Shown one piece after another: positions 9,432-18,567 of a stretch of DNA of 64,000 nt. Within the stretch, counting starts at the first letter, position 1, and each line of letters begins with the position of its first letter. The stretch comes from Candidatus Daviesbacteria bacterium. Its GTDB lineage: Bacteria; Patescibacteriota; Microgenomatia; Daviesbacterales; UBA10151. The stretch lies in assembly GCA_016187035.1 (NCBI GenBank), contig JACPKL010000005.1:135150-199149 (forward strand), given 5' to 3'. The notes beneath the pieces are model-generated. The model was not told the origin of the DNA and searched no databases. It saw only the letters and a program-made list of their open reading frames with translations. A program made the position numbers and the translations under genes.

Positions 9432-10217
9432 ATGAATAAAATAAGAAGATCGTTAGCTATTTTAGGTGCGAATGGTTTATTAGGTAAAGATCTTACAAGG
9501 TATTTAGCAGATAAATTTGATATTACTCCGATTACCCGGGAGAACTATGAACATCAAAAAGAGAAAGAATTCGATGTATTTATTAATGCAAACGGTAACA
9601 GCAGGCGTTTCTGGGCACTACAAAATATATATAAAGATTTTGAGGCTTCTACAGTGTCGGTTTATAAAACTCTCTTTGATTTTAAATTTAAGAAGTATAT
9701 ATATTTCTCATCGGTTGATGTCTATGCAAATCCTGGAAGGCCGAAAAACACCTCAGAAGACGATATGATTGATGTTAGCAATCTTAATAATTATGGCTTC
9801 CATAAGTATTTAAGCGAACAGATTATTAAAAATGCTTTAGACGATTACATAATTTTACGCCCGTCGATGATTATCGGTAAAAATCTTAAAAAAGGACCAT
9901 TCTTCGACATTATAAAGGGTAAACCATTGTTTATGACTCCAGATAGCAGATTACAGATTATTACCACTTTTGCAATATCCGAGATAATTAGTATGTTAAC
10001 AAGTAGAATGATTAAGAATGAAATATTTAATATAGGTGGTGAAGGGGCAGTTTATTTTGTTAATATTAGTGAGTATTTTGAAGTTTCTATTAAGTGGTCT
10101 AATAATGCAGTAGAGCAGTATTATGAAATGAATGTGTCTAAGTTGAAGGCACAATATAACCTTAAGACTTCAGAAGATTATCTAAAGGACTGGTTAAGTG
10201 AACAAAAAGAAGTTTAA
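9432..10217 (+). CDS. Short extended-SDR, NAD(P)-dependent sugar epimerase/reductase-like
   Basis: LAILGANGLLGKDL Rossmann loop and a YGFHKYLSE (YxxxK) catalytic motif; 261 aa. Confidence 0.6.
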   Translation: MNKIRRSLAILGANGLLGKDLTRYLADKFDITPITRENYEHQKEKEFDVFINANGNSRRFWALQNIYKDFEASTVSVYKTLFDFKFKKYIYFSSVDVYANPGRPKNTSEDDMIDVSNLNNYGFHKYLSEQIIKNALDDYIILRPSMIIGKNLKKGPFFDIIKGKPLFMTPDSRLQIITTFAISEIISMLTSRMIKNEIFNIGGEGAVYFVNISEYFEVSIKWSNNAVEQYYEMNVSKLKAQYNLKTSEDYLKDWLSEQKEV

Positions 10218-11145
10218 ACACATATTAATAACAGGAGGAGCAGGATATGTCGGCGTGCCGACTGTTTCTTTATTGCTTGAAAAAGGATACAAGGTGACAG
10301 TTATTGATAACCTGATGTGGACAGGAAATGTCCTTTTGCCATTTTTATCAAACACAGGCTTCAATTTTATTAAAGGAGATATACGTAGCAAAAAAGAACT
10401 GACAGATTCATTTGAGGATATAGATATAGTTATTCATTTGGCAGCAATAGTGGGTTTTCCTGCTTGTAGGAAATATCCTAAAGAATCACGGGAGATTAAT
10501 GTTGACGGCACTCAGCATGTTGTAGATTTTGCAAAAGGGAAAATCCCGATAATCTTTGCTTCAACAGGGAGCACGTACGGGAAAATTATTGAGAAATATT
10601 GTACAGAAACAACTCCACTTAACCCACTTTCACACTATGGTAAGCAAAAAGCAGAAGCGGAAGATATTATAAAAACAAACGATAGTTTTATAATATATCG
10701 TTTTGCAACCGCGTTTGGTGTTTCTCCCCGCATGCGTTTAGATTTATTGATTAATGATTTTGCTTTTAGGGCCGTCAGTGAAAAAACATTAATTGTATAC
10801 GAAAAAGAATTTATGAGAACGTTTATTCATGTAAAGGATATGGCCCGTTCTTTTTTATTCGCTTTAGAAAATTTTGATAAGATGAATAAAGAGATTTATA
10901 ACGTGGGTGACGAGAGATTGAATGTTAGTAAGGAAGAAGTTTGTAGATTGCTCCAAAAATATGTGGAATTTTATTTGCATTTCGTGGAGGTAGGACATGA
11001 TATTGATCAAAGAGATTACATGGTTGATTACTCGAAAATACAAAAAGTAGGGTATGATACAACAATTAGTATAGAAGAAGGCATAAAGGAACTTATTAAA
11101 CTTTCCGATATTATCAAGATTGAAAATCCCTACAGTAATGTATAA
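10198..11145 (+). CDS. NAD-dependent epimerase/dehydratase family protein
   Basis: GTG start, then HILITGGAGYVGVP Rossmann loop and HYGKQKAEAE (YxxxK). Overlaps the upstream gene by 20 nt. Confidence 0.75.
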   Translation: MNKKKFKHILITGGAGYVGVPTVSLLLEKGYKVTVIDNLMWTGNVLLPFLSNTGFNFIKGDIRSKKELTDSFEDIDIVIHLAAIVGFPACRKYPKESREINVDGTQHVVDFAKGKIPIIFASTGSTYGKIIEKYCTETTPLNPLSHYGKQKAEAEDIIKTNDSFIIYRFATAFGVSPRMRLDLLINDFAFRAVSEKTLIVYEKEFMRTFIHVKDMARSFLFALENFDKMNKEIYNVGDERLNVSKEEVCRLLQKYVEFYLHFVEVGHDIDQRDYMVDYSKIQKVGYDTTISIEEGIKELIKLSDIIKIENPYSNV

Positions 11146-11147
11146 TT

Positions 11148-13229
11148 ATGCAAGCTTTCTTCCAAAAGAATTTTAAGCTTCTTTTAATTCCAATAATTTG
11201 TTCAATGATTATCCTTTCCTGGTTTTATCAGGGTAAAATAATTTCCAACACTAGCGAAGAGCAATTGAGTATATATCATCCTCAGAATGATGCTAAAAAC
11301 TACTCTAACTTTTGGTTTCCACCGGGAATAGGCCAGAAGGGTCCATTTCAATTTGTAAAGTTCCCTGTTTTTTATGGATTGGGTTTGCTTGAGCACAGAG
11401 GTATGCCTGCTTTTTTAAGACAGGCTTTATTGCTTTGGCTCTTGATGGTAGCAGGAGTATTTTTTATGTTTCTCTTGCTTAGGAGAGGTTTTGAAGTCCC
11501 AACTATTTTTTCCCTGGTAGGCGGTTTTTTTTACTTACTAAATATATATTCAATGACTCAAGTTTGGAAAAGATTCCTCTACCACGGGATGTTTGCCTGG
11601 GTATATTTGCCTTTATTTCTACTGCTATGGATTGAATGGGTAAATAGCAAAAAATTTATTTGGCTATTTTTTTTCCTCTTTTCTTCATTTTTCTTTACAT
11701 ATAGTTTTACTCAGCCTGCTAATCTAATTACTATATGGGTTCCCGCAGGGATTTTTACACTAGTTCAAATTTGGCAATACGGTATAAAAACTAAAGAAGC
11801 AAAAAACATCCTTATAAAATCAATAATTGGACTTGTCCTTTGGTGTCTGGTTAATATTTGGTGGTTATACCCTGAGCTCTATTTGGGAAGCACTTGGACA
11901 CAGACAACTGGTGAAACTTTGAGCTATAATCTTAACTCACTACAGACAGTTAGTAGGGATTTTCCAATTTGGGAAATTCTTTTACTCAGGCAAGGTTGGT
12001 ACCTGAGTCCTAAAAATGACTTCGGAGGTTTTTATCAAAATATACCTATTATTTTTATAAGCATATTAATATTATATTTTGTGATTTTAGCTGTTGTTAA
12101 ATTAAGAGAGTTTCGTTATAGATCTTTTGTATTGGTTTTGGGATTTGTTGGCTTTTTTGTAAGTAAAGGTGCTAATTTCCCTTTCGGTAATGCATTTTTC
12201 TATTTACTCTTTTCTAATCTTAATTTTACTACAGCATTTAGAAATCCTTATGAGAAATTTGGAATAGTCTGGTTACTTGTGTATACAATATTATTTACAC
12301 TTGGATTTTCAAGATTCTTATCCTCATTAAAAGCTAATAAGCCTGTTTTTTTAGGTGGAGTCATTTTATTTCTAATTTTGGTATTGGTTTTCCCTTTTTG
12401 GAGTGGAGGAGTATTTCCTCAAAAACATAGGCTAAATGTGCCCAAATATTACGATGAGGCAAATGACTATTTGAATCAGCAATCCAGTGATAGACTTTTT
12501 CATATCCCGTTTTTATTAGAATTGGAGAATTTAACCTATTCTTGGGGATTTGTGGGGGGAGACCCGACACCCGCTCTGTTTAATCTGGAGACAATAACAG
12601 CACCCAAGAAGCCACTTTATTATCAGATTTCCCTCTTATTGCCAAAATATTTGAGTAATAAACAATTTCCTAAAATATTAGGTTTACTGGGTGTAGGAAA
12701 TGTTATCGTACATAAAGAAAGTGTTTACCCAACAATAAACTTAAAAGAAATGACAAAAAATATTGAAAATTGGGCAGACATTCAAAATAAAAAAGAAATA
12801 GGAGAATTAGTAATTTACTCTTTAGATAAGGAAATAATTAAGCCAAGAGTTTATGCTGCTATTTCCTCAATTTCAGTGAATTCAATAGAGGAGATGTTGG
12901 GAGAAGTTATGTCTGGTAATGTTGATACAAAAAAAGAAGTTTTTATGATAGGTGATAATACAACACCTTTAACTGCTTCAACTAAAGCATCTCCTCAAAT
13001 TATTTTTAATAAACTGTCCAATGACCATTTCTTAGTAGTTGTTAATAAAGCAACATTACCATTTATATTGGTTTTTAATAATACTTTTGATAAATCTTGG
13101 CAATTACGAATAGATAATCAAATTATAGATAAACACTTTATTGTTAATGGCTTTGCAAATGGATGGTTAATTGATAAGAAAGGTGACTACAAACTGGATA
13201 TTAAACTAAAGGTGTGGCCTTGGGATTAA
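11148..13229 (+). CDS. GT-C-type polytopic membrane glycosyltransferase candidate, AftD(DUF3367)/YfhO-like, paralog 1 (no C-terminal anchor)
   Basis: Many TM segments. Shares VWKRFLYHG, SKGANFPFG...FRNPYEKFG and the C-terminal PFILVFNNTFDKSWQL...NGFANGWLIDKKGDYKLDI with the ORFs at 14173, 53900 and 57743. Confidence 0.6.
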   Translation: MQAFFQKNFKLLLIPIICSMIILSWFYQGKIISNTSEEQLSIYHPQNDAKNYSNFWFPPGIGQKGPFQFVKFPVFYGLGLLEHRGMPAFLRQALLLWLLMVAGVFFMFLLLRRGFEVPTIFSLVGGFFYLLNIYSMTQVWKRFLYHGMFAWVYLPLFLLLWIEWVNSKKFIWLFFFLFSSFFFTYSFTQPANLITIWVPAGIFTLVQIWQYGIKTKEAKNILIKSIIGLVLWCLVNIWWLYPELYLGSTWTQTTGETLSYNLNSLQTVSRDFPIWEILLLRQGWYLSPKNDFGGFYQNIPIIFISILILYFVILAVVKLREFRYRSFVLVLGFVGFFVSKGANFPFGNAFFYLLFSNLNFTTAFRNPYEKFGIVWLLVYTILFTLGFSRFLSSLKANKPVFLGGVILFLILVLVFPFWSGGVFPQKHRLNVPKYYDEANDYLNQQSSDRLFHIPFLLELENLTYSWGFVGGDPTPALFNLETITAPKKPLYYQISLLLPKYLSNKQFPKILGLLGVGNVIVHKESVYPTINLKEMTKNIENWADIQNKKEIGELVIYSLDKEIIKPRVYAAISSISVNSIEEMLGEVMSGNVDTKKEVFMIGDNTTPLTASTKASPQIIFNKLSNDHFLVVVNKATLPFILVFNNTFDKSWQLRIDNQIIDKHFIVNGFANGWLIDKKGDYKLDIKLKVWPWD

Positions 13230-13235
13230 TTTTTA

Positions 13236-14105
13236 TTATTTCTTTTTCAGAACAATTAGGCCTAAGGGAGATTCTTCAATAAAATAAAAGATAATCTCTA
13301 AGATAAATACTAAGGGCGCTCCGATTAATAAAAAAAGAAGCTTAGGAATATTTTTTATAAAACCCAGTCTTAGATTAAGAGTAGAAATGCCAAGCATTTG
13401 TCCGATAGAGGCTAGTAAGCAATAAGGGGAATACTGAAAAGACATAATTTCTGTCTGAGTTACTATTTTGAGGTTTACACGATTTGCGATATTTTTTAAC
13501 CCTTCTTCTGTAAAATGGAATAGATGTCTTGGAATATCACGTTGAAGCCAATGTTTTCCTAGGATTTTTGATTCCAATGAGCCGAACCTAGGATATTCTA
13601 CAAAGATAAACCCACCTTTCTTTAATAGTGAAGCTGCTTTTTTAAGATATTGAGCGGGATTGGTAACATGCTCTAAACTTTCTAAAAAGACAATTGCATC
13701 AAATTTTTCATTAGTTTTCCAATTTAAAAAATTTACCTTAATAACATCTTTATTTTCAACTTTAGCCCCTGGATATTCTAAATTTGTCACATTAAACGCT
13801 TGTCCTAGTATTTGTCCAAAAACACCTTCTCCAGATCCTACATCCAATATGTCTCCCCTTGACATATATCTTCTAAACCAGCCGGCTCTTAACTTCTGGA
13901 AAGAATTATGTATACACTGTCTTAAAAAGGAAAATCTACCTAAATTTTGCCAATAAATCTTTGGATAATACTCAGATATATCTTTTGGAAAAGGATGAAC
14001 AAATCCATTTTTACAATTATTACAGAAGTAAAGATTGAACTGTCCGGAATCCATAAGATCAATATGCCTGCTTTCTTTGCAAATTGGACAAATTATCTTT
14101 GCCAT
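13236..14105 (-). CDS. Class I SAM-dependent methyltransferase with N-terminal Cys4 zinc ribbon and hydrophobic C-terminal tail
   Basis: CPICKE...CNNCKNG zinc ribbon. ILDVGSGEGVFG is SAM motif I, followed by GGFIFVEYP. The C-terminus LLFLLIGAPLVFILEIIFYFI is hydrophobic. Confidence 0.75.
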   Translation of the reverse strand: MAKIICPICKESRHIDLMDSGQFNLYFCNNCKNGFVHPFPKDISEYYPKIYWQNLGRFSFLRQCIHNSFQKLRAGWFRRYMSRGDILDVGSGEGVFGQILGQAFNVTNLEYPGAKVENKDVIKVNFLNWKTNEKFDAIVFLESLEHVTNPAQYLKKAASLLKKGGFIFVEYPRFGSLESKILGKHWLQRDIPRHLFHFTEEGLKNIANRVNLKIVTQTEIMSFQYSPYCLLASIGQMLGISTLNLRLGFIKNIPKLLFLLIGAPLVFILEIIFYFIEESPLGLIVLKKK

Positions 14106-14172
14106 AAGGTGTAATTATACTTTCTTTTACTTTCAAAAAATAGTATATTGGTATCAAAAATAGCCACTATTA

Positions 14173-16389
14173 ATGATAAAAATAATAGTCCTCATTTTGA
14201 TAATACCCTCTATTATAATAGGTTTGTGGTTTAAAGATGGCTATATTCTTGGAACAGCAGAGGATGGTTTACCTTTCTACAATTTATCACATTTTAAACC
14301 AGAGGCAGATTTTGCCTGGATGGAGCATCCGGGTTTAGGAAGAAGTACACTATATTTAACCGCCTCAAAGCCTACCTACATGATAATGACCTGGTTACAA
14401 AATAAAGGATTACCTGGTTTCATTATTCAGGCAGGAGTATTGTGGTTGATGTTTGTAATTTCGGGAATAGGAATATATTTTTTAACCCAGGAATTTTTCC
14501 CTAAACTTCCTAAGACTTACTTAATTTTATCAATCCTTTTTTACTGGTTTAATCCCATCTCATTAGTTAACGTATGGAACAGATTTCTGCTTGATTATAT
14601 TTCCTTTTACAGCATGTTACCCATGGTTTCTTTTCTATTTATTAATGGGCTAAAAACAAAAAAATATATATGGAGCATTGTATTCACAATAGTTATTCTC
14701 TTTTATTCATATTCATTTAACTACCTAGCTTTTTTTATTCTAATTTGGCTGATTCTTTTTATTTGGACAGTTTTTTTCTTTCTGTTGACAAAAAATGGAT
14801 CAATCCGCTTTTTTTATATAAAGTATTTTTTATTAGCATTTGCTTTTTTTGTTTTAACAAATGCCTGGTGGGTAAGTCAATTGGTAGGATTTCAAACTCT
14901 CAAGGATTTTGATTCTTCGATCCATGATATTACAACTGATATAAATTCTGGAATTTTTAATGCATTAAGTAAGAGCATGGGTAATTTAAATGATGTGTAT
15001 AGATTAAACAATGCCTCTTTTTTTAAAAATGACTCGCTTTCCTGGGTAAAGCCGTTCTACTCCGTACCAATTGTTTTTGCAGAATTTATTGTGACGGCTA
15101 TAATGTTTTGGTCTATTTTAAAAAATAAAAAAGATATTTCTGTACTGATTCTTGCCGGAGTTTTTTTTACAGGCATTTTTTTAGCAAAAGGCAATAACCC
15201 TCCTTTAGGAGGAATCTTTGAATTCCTTTTTAAGAATTTTTTATTCCTCCAAATTTTCCGAAATCCTTTTGAGAAATCAGGATTTATTTTGCTTTTGGCA
15301 GCAACTCCGCTATTAAGTTTTGCAATTTTTAAAGTTAGTGAAACTTTGAAACCCCTTTATCGAAAATTAATTTATACTGTTTGTTTAATTTATATAGTTT
15401 TGGTTTGGGGATACCCATTTTACACAGGGTTTGTATTAACTTCCAAATTTCCACCAACAAATAATTATGAAATAGGTTACAAGGTGAAGGTTCCTGAGTA
15501 TTACCATCTGGCTGATGATTGGTTGGTTAAGCGGGGCACAAATTTTAGAACAATAGGATTCCCAATAGAAGATGAGGCCGTAACTTATAAGTGGGAAAAG
15601 GGTTATTCAGGAGTTGAATTATCAACTGCCTTATTTTCTAATCCGGTAATTTTACATAAAACCGGGGTACCATTCTTTTATGATCTTGTACCCCAGATTC
15701 AAAAGACTCTTTTAGGGGAAGAAGAGATTTACAAATTGGCTAATATTCTTAACGCCAGATATTTGTTTGTTCGCGAAGATATTGATTTCAAAGAGAGAAA
15801 AATGGTTGACCCTTTAATCATAAAACAAAAATTATCTTCAAGGGAGAGAATGGGTCAGATAAGGAAAGTGGGCGAATTTGGAAAATTAACTTTTTGGGAA
15901 AATTTAAAATGGAAAGATTTAACATTTTACCCTGCGAATTTAATCAAGTTATCAACCAGTCAAGATCCATCTAACCTATCATCTATTGATGCACTTTCTG
16001 GAGAAGTGTTGGCTGATAAAAAGTATGAATTTGGAGATGTAAACGATTCATTAGATAATTTAAAAATTACATATGAAAGAATTAATCCAACAAAGTATAT
16101 TGTTCATATTCAGGAAGCAGCCTCACCGTTTGTATTAGTTTTTTCGGAATTATTTAATGGAGGCTGGAAAATTACTTCCGAGGAGGGAGGAAAATCTTAT
16201 GACCATTTTAGGGTTAATTATTATGCTAATGGATGGTTAATTGATAAAAAAGGAAACTATGATCTGACAGTTGAATTTAGTCTTCAAAAGTGGTTGGACA
16301 TAGGAGAAAAAATTTCAATAATAAGCTTTCTTGTAGTGCTTTGCCTATTAATTTATTTACTTTGGAAAAATAAACAAAGGAAAACCTAA
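14173..16389 (+). CDS. GT-C-type polytopic membrane glycosyltransferase candidate, AftD/YfhO-like, paralog 2
   Basis: LFYWFNPISLVNVWNRFL (18 aa identical to the ORF at 53900), AKGNNPPLG...FRNPFEKSGF, and C-terminal PFVLVFSELFNGGWKI...YANGWLIDKKGNYDL followed by a C-terminal TM helix. Confidence 0.65.
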   Translation: MIKIIVLILIIPSIIIGLWFKDGYILGTAEDGLPFYNLSHFKPEADFAWMEHPGLGRSTLYLTASKPTYMIMTWLQNKGLPGFIIQAGVLWLMFVISGIGIYFLTQEFFPKLPKTYLILSILFYWFNPISLVNVWNRFLLDYISFYSMLPMVSFLFINGLKTKKYIWSIVFTIVILFYSYSFNYLAFFILIWLILFIWTVFFFLLTKNGSIRFFYIKYFLLAFAFFVLTNAWWVSQLVGFQTLKDFDSSIHDITTDINSGIFNALSKSMGNLNDVYRLNNASFFKNDSLSWVKPFYSVPIVFAEFIVTAIMFWSILKNKKDISVLILAGVFFTGIFLAKGNNPPLGGIFEFLFKNFLFLQIFRNPFEKSGFILLLAATPLLSFAIFKVSETLKPLYRKLIYTVCLIYIVLVWGYPFYTGFVLTSKFPPTNNYEIGYKVKVPEYYHLADDWLVKRGTNFRTIGFPIEDEAVTYKWEKGYSGVELSTALFSNPVILHKTGVPFFYDLVPQIQKTLLGEEEIYKLANILNARYLFVREDIDFKERKMVDPLIIKQKLSSRERMGQIRKVGEFGKLTFWENLKWKDLTFYPANLIKLSTSQDPSNLSSIDALSGEVLADKKYEFGDVNDSLDNLKITYERINPTKYIVHIQEAASPFVLVFSELFNGGWKITSEEGGKSYDHFRVNYYANGWLIDKKGNYDLTVEFSLQKWLDIGEKISIISFLVVLCLLIYLLWKNKQRKT

Positions 16390-16601
16390 TGTTTTATTGG
16401 ATAGTTCTAATTCTTATTATTGGAATAATGTTTTTCCTAAAAAAGGATTCAAAATTTTACTTATTTACTGCCTTTTACATTTTCTGCGTGGGCGCAATAC
16501 TTAGGATAATTTGGTTAAATGAAGTATCAGAAATTTTAATGAGGATGAGTTTTATTTTTTGGTTAGTTGGACTTTTTAAAGCTTTCAAAGAAGTTAACTA
16601 G
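16389..16601 (+). CDS. Small membrane protein (70 aa, 2 predicted TM), member A of a four-copy family linked to large GT-C genes
   Basis: Its start overlaps the upstream stop (TAATG). An ungapped hand alignment to residues 36-104 of the ORF at 57369 gives 29/69 identities, including FYW, FYL, AIL, MR.S.I.WL.GL. Confidence 0.6.
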   Translation: MFYWIVLILIIGIMFFLKKDSKFYLFTAFYIFCVGAILRIIWLNEVSEILMRMSFIFWLVGLFKAFKEVN

Positions 16602-16664
16602 TTTTTTGCAACCTTTTAACTAGGGAATTTTACCTTGAATATTAACTATTTATAATTACAAGAA

Positions 16665-16689
16665 AACCCCGCTTTATCAAAGCGGGGTT
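16665..16689 (-). terminator. Intrinsic-terminator-like hairpin (11-bp stem, 3-nt loop)
   Basis: AACCCCGCTTT-ATC-AAAGCGGGGTT. On the minus strand it is followed by TTTCTTGT. On the plus strand there is no U-tract. Confidence 0.5.
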
Positions 16690-16709
16690 CAACTGACAAG
16701 TAATTACAC

Positions 16710-16832
16710 ACTTCCGCGGGGTCGGTGGTGTACTTGGCTTAGGTTTTCTTGTAAGCAAAGCTTTCCTTTGCATAGCAAACGTAAGTTTGTAAACTTTAAA
16801 AGGAAAACCGCGGACTCTTAGTCCGCGGAAGT
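16710..16832. ncRNA. Candidate structured RNA of unknown class in a convergent intergenic region
   Basis: Locally GC-enriched non-coding segment. ACTTCCGCGG (16710-16719) is the perfect complement of CCGCGGAAGT (16823-16832). Internal hairpins are GCAAAG-CTTTC-CTTTGC (16755-16771) and GCAAAC-GTAA-GTTTGT (16775-16790, a GNRA loop on the plus strand). The strand and the RNA family are undetermined. Confidence 0.25.
16808..16828 (-). terminator. Intrinsic terminator of the 16841-18433 minus-strand gene
   Basis: CCGCGGACT-CTT-AGTCCGCGG forms a 9-bp GC-rich stem, 13 nt after the stop codon. On the minus strand it is followed by TTTTCCTTTT. Confidence 0.7.
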
Positions 16833-16840
16833 TTATAAAA

Positions 16841-18433
16841 CTAAGTACCTTCAGGGGATAAGGATTTTAAAATATTTTTCCTGGTAATTTCACTTGTATT
16901 TATTAATTTATCTGTTCCTTCAAGATTAAAACTATAAATATTTTCAATAGGTAAAGGTTTTGGTAATACGCTAAATCTTGCAAGAGATTTGCCATCCTTG
17001 ACTGCAGAGATTAAATCCTTAAAATTATCAATAGTTACAACTGTTTTAAAATCTGATATATTGTGGATTAATTGTAGCTTAGAGGGTAGTCCGAACTCTA
17101 ACACATTATGTATAATGTCTCTCCGCTCACCTGTAAAGTAGAATACTAAAGGCCTTTCTGTTTTACCGATATTTTTAAATTCAGGAAGTTGTGACCAAAT
17201 TTTATCGTAAAGTTGCTGACTTCTTATTTGTTCCAAATTACTAAAGTAAGACCTTGTTGAATATATATTCATTATTAGTACTAATGATAATAAGGCAATA
17301 ATTACGTTTCTTGATTTTTTGCTTTGCCCTAAGCTAATAAGACTTGCAAATAATATACTAATGCCAATCGCAGGAAGTATTAAATATCTCTGGTCAGTTG
17401 AAAATATACTCGTTAAATACTCTGGTCTCATCCACGGTATCAAAAAAGCAAAGAAGGTCCAAATTAAAGAAATAATTAATGCATCTAAAATTTTAGATTT
17501 CCTGTTTAAGATTATAAGTAAAAACCATATAACAATAGATAAGCCTCCGATGAATGTTGATAACGCTTTATTCTCATTACCTACTGAAATATTTGGGATA
17601 ATCATTCCTCCTAATGCAGCAATCGGGTTAAGGAGAAAATCTACTTGTCCTTTTTGAATTAAATTGTACCCTGCTTTGAAACTAGTTAGAGTTACGTTTG
17701 TTAATGCTTGAGTGGAATTAGTTATGGTTTGATTATCCCAATCGTGTGGGGAAGAAAATAAGTTAGTCTGAGTTAATAAAATTAGGTAGATTAATGAAAT
17801 TATTGTTAATCTAGTAACTACTTTTTTTAACATTTCAAAAGTTCGATGGTTTAAAAACCAAATAATCTCTATCATAACAATGAAAGGAACAATGCTCATT
17901 GACCGTATAGGATAAATAACTATAGTGGCAAAAAAAAATAGAGTAAAATAAACGACCCATTTAATTTGGTAATTATCTCTTGATTTTAGGAAGAAATACA
18001 GAAATAAATTAAAAAAGAGAACTAGCAAATACGTGGGCATATGAAAGACCCAGTCGGTTGTTTCGAGGCCAATAGTAGTTATGGAAAAAAAAAGGACAGC
18101 AAAAAAAGAAGCTAATGTATTTCTAGTTAAATAGAAAGCTAAGGGATAAAGAGAAAAAGAGGCTAGAAGTCTAAATAAGTATGAGGTGATGTAATAAGGT
18201 GAAGGATTATAGTGGTAAATTTTAAACAAAAATCCATTAAGAATATCTTGAGATCCAAAAAGGGTGAAAAAATAAGTTGGGTAATTCCAAGCTCCTATGG
18301 AAAATTGGCCTACCATTCTTTCATACCTCCAAATAACGAGCCAAAAATCTCCAAATAGAGAAAGATTGAAGGAGGGATAGAAGGCATAGAGACTAATTGA
18401 AATTGTAGTAAAGATTAAAAAAATTAAATACAT
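16841..18433 (-). CDS. Polytopic membrane protein, PMT_2/ArnT-like GT-C candidate (divergent member)
   Basis: 530 aa with many TM segments. SLFGDFWLVIWRY follows TM1. YHYNPSPYYITSYLFRLLASFSLYPLAFYL parallels the FGLN..YH.. helix of the six-paralog family. The tail is degenerate: IENIYSFNLEGTDKLINTSEI. Confidence 0.55.
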   Translation of the reverse strand: MYLIFLIFTTISISLYAFYPSFNLSLFGDFWLVIWRYERMVGQFSIGAWNYPTYFFTLFGSQDILNGFLFKIYHYNPSPYYITSYLFRLLASFSLYPLAFYLTRNTLASFFAVLFFSITTIGLETTDWVFHMPTYLLVLFFNLFLYFFLKSRDNYQIKWVVYFTLFFFATIVIYPIRSMSIVPFIVMIEIIWFLNHRTFEMLKKVVTRLTIISLIYLILLTQTNLFSSPHDWDNQTITNSTQALTNVTLTSFKAGYNLIQKGQVDFLLNPIAALGGMIIPNISVGNENKALSTFIGGLSIVIWFLLIILNRKSKILDALIISLIWTFFAFLIPWMRPEYLTSIFSTDQRYLILPAIGISILFASLISLGQSKKSRNVIIALLSLVLIMNIYSTRSYFSNLEQIRSQQLYDKIWSQLPEFKNIGKTERPLVFYFTGERRDIIHNVLEFGLPSKLQLIHNISDFKTVVTIDNFKDLISAVKDGKSLARFSVLPKPLPIENIYSFNLEGTDKLINTSEITRKNILKSLSPEGT

Positions 18434-18567
18434 AATGTAATTTTCTTGAGTTTATCTAATATGTTAATACAGTGAAATACGTCATTCAATAAGACTAAAA
18501 AGCTTGTTCATAGTTTATTTGTTTGTTAGATTATATAATATTAAGGAATTTACACAAAACGACAAGA

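Noticed and set aside
16642-16773. 43-aa minus-strand ORF (MQRKALLTRKPKPSTPPTPRKCVITCQLNPALIKRGFLVIINS) inside the structured intergenic region
   Set aside because: It runs straight through the 11-bp terminator hairpin and uses GC-rich codons (CCG, ACC, CGG) that are rare elsewhere in the window. It has no recognisable family resemblance (I checked mentally against small ribosomal proteins L34 and L36). The GC-richness is better explained by RNA structure.
16665-16835. Possible tRNA (GGTTCAA resembles a T-loop) or small SRP RNA
   Set aside because: No acceptor, D or anticodon arms can be drawn around GGTTCAA. Neither strand shows the SRP helix-8 pattern, a GNRA tetraloop followed by the AGCA-type symmetric loop on the 3' side. 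It is kept only as an unclassified structured-RNA candidate.
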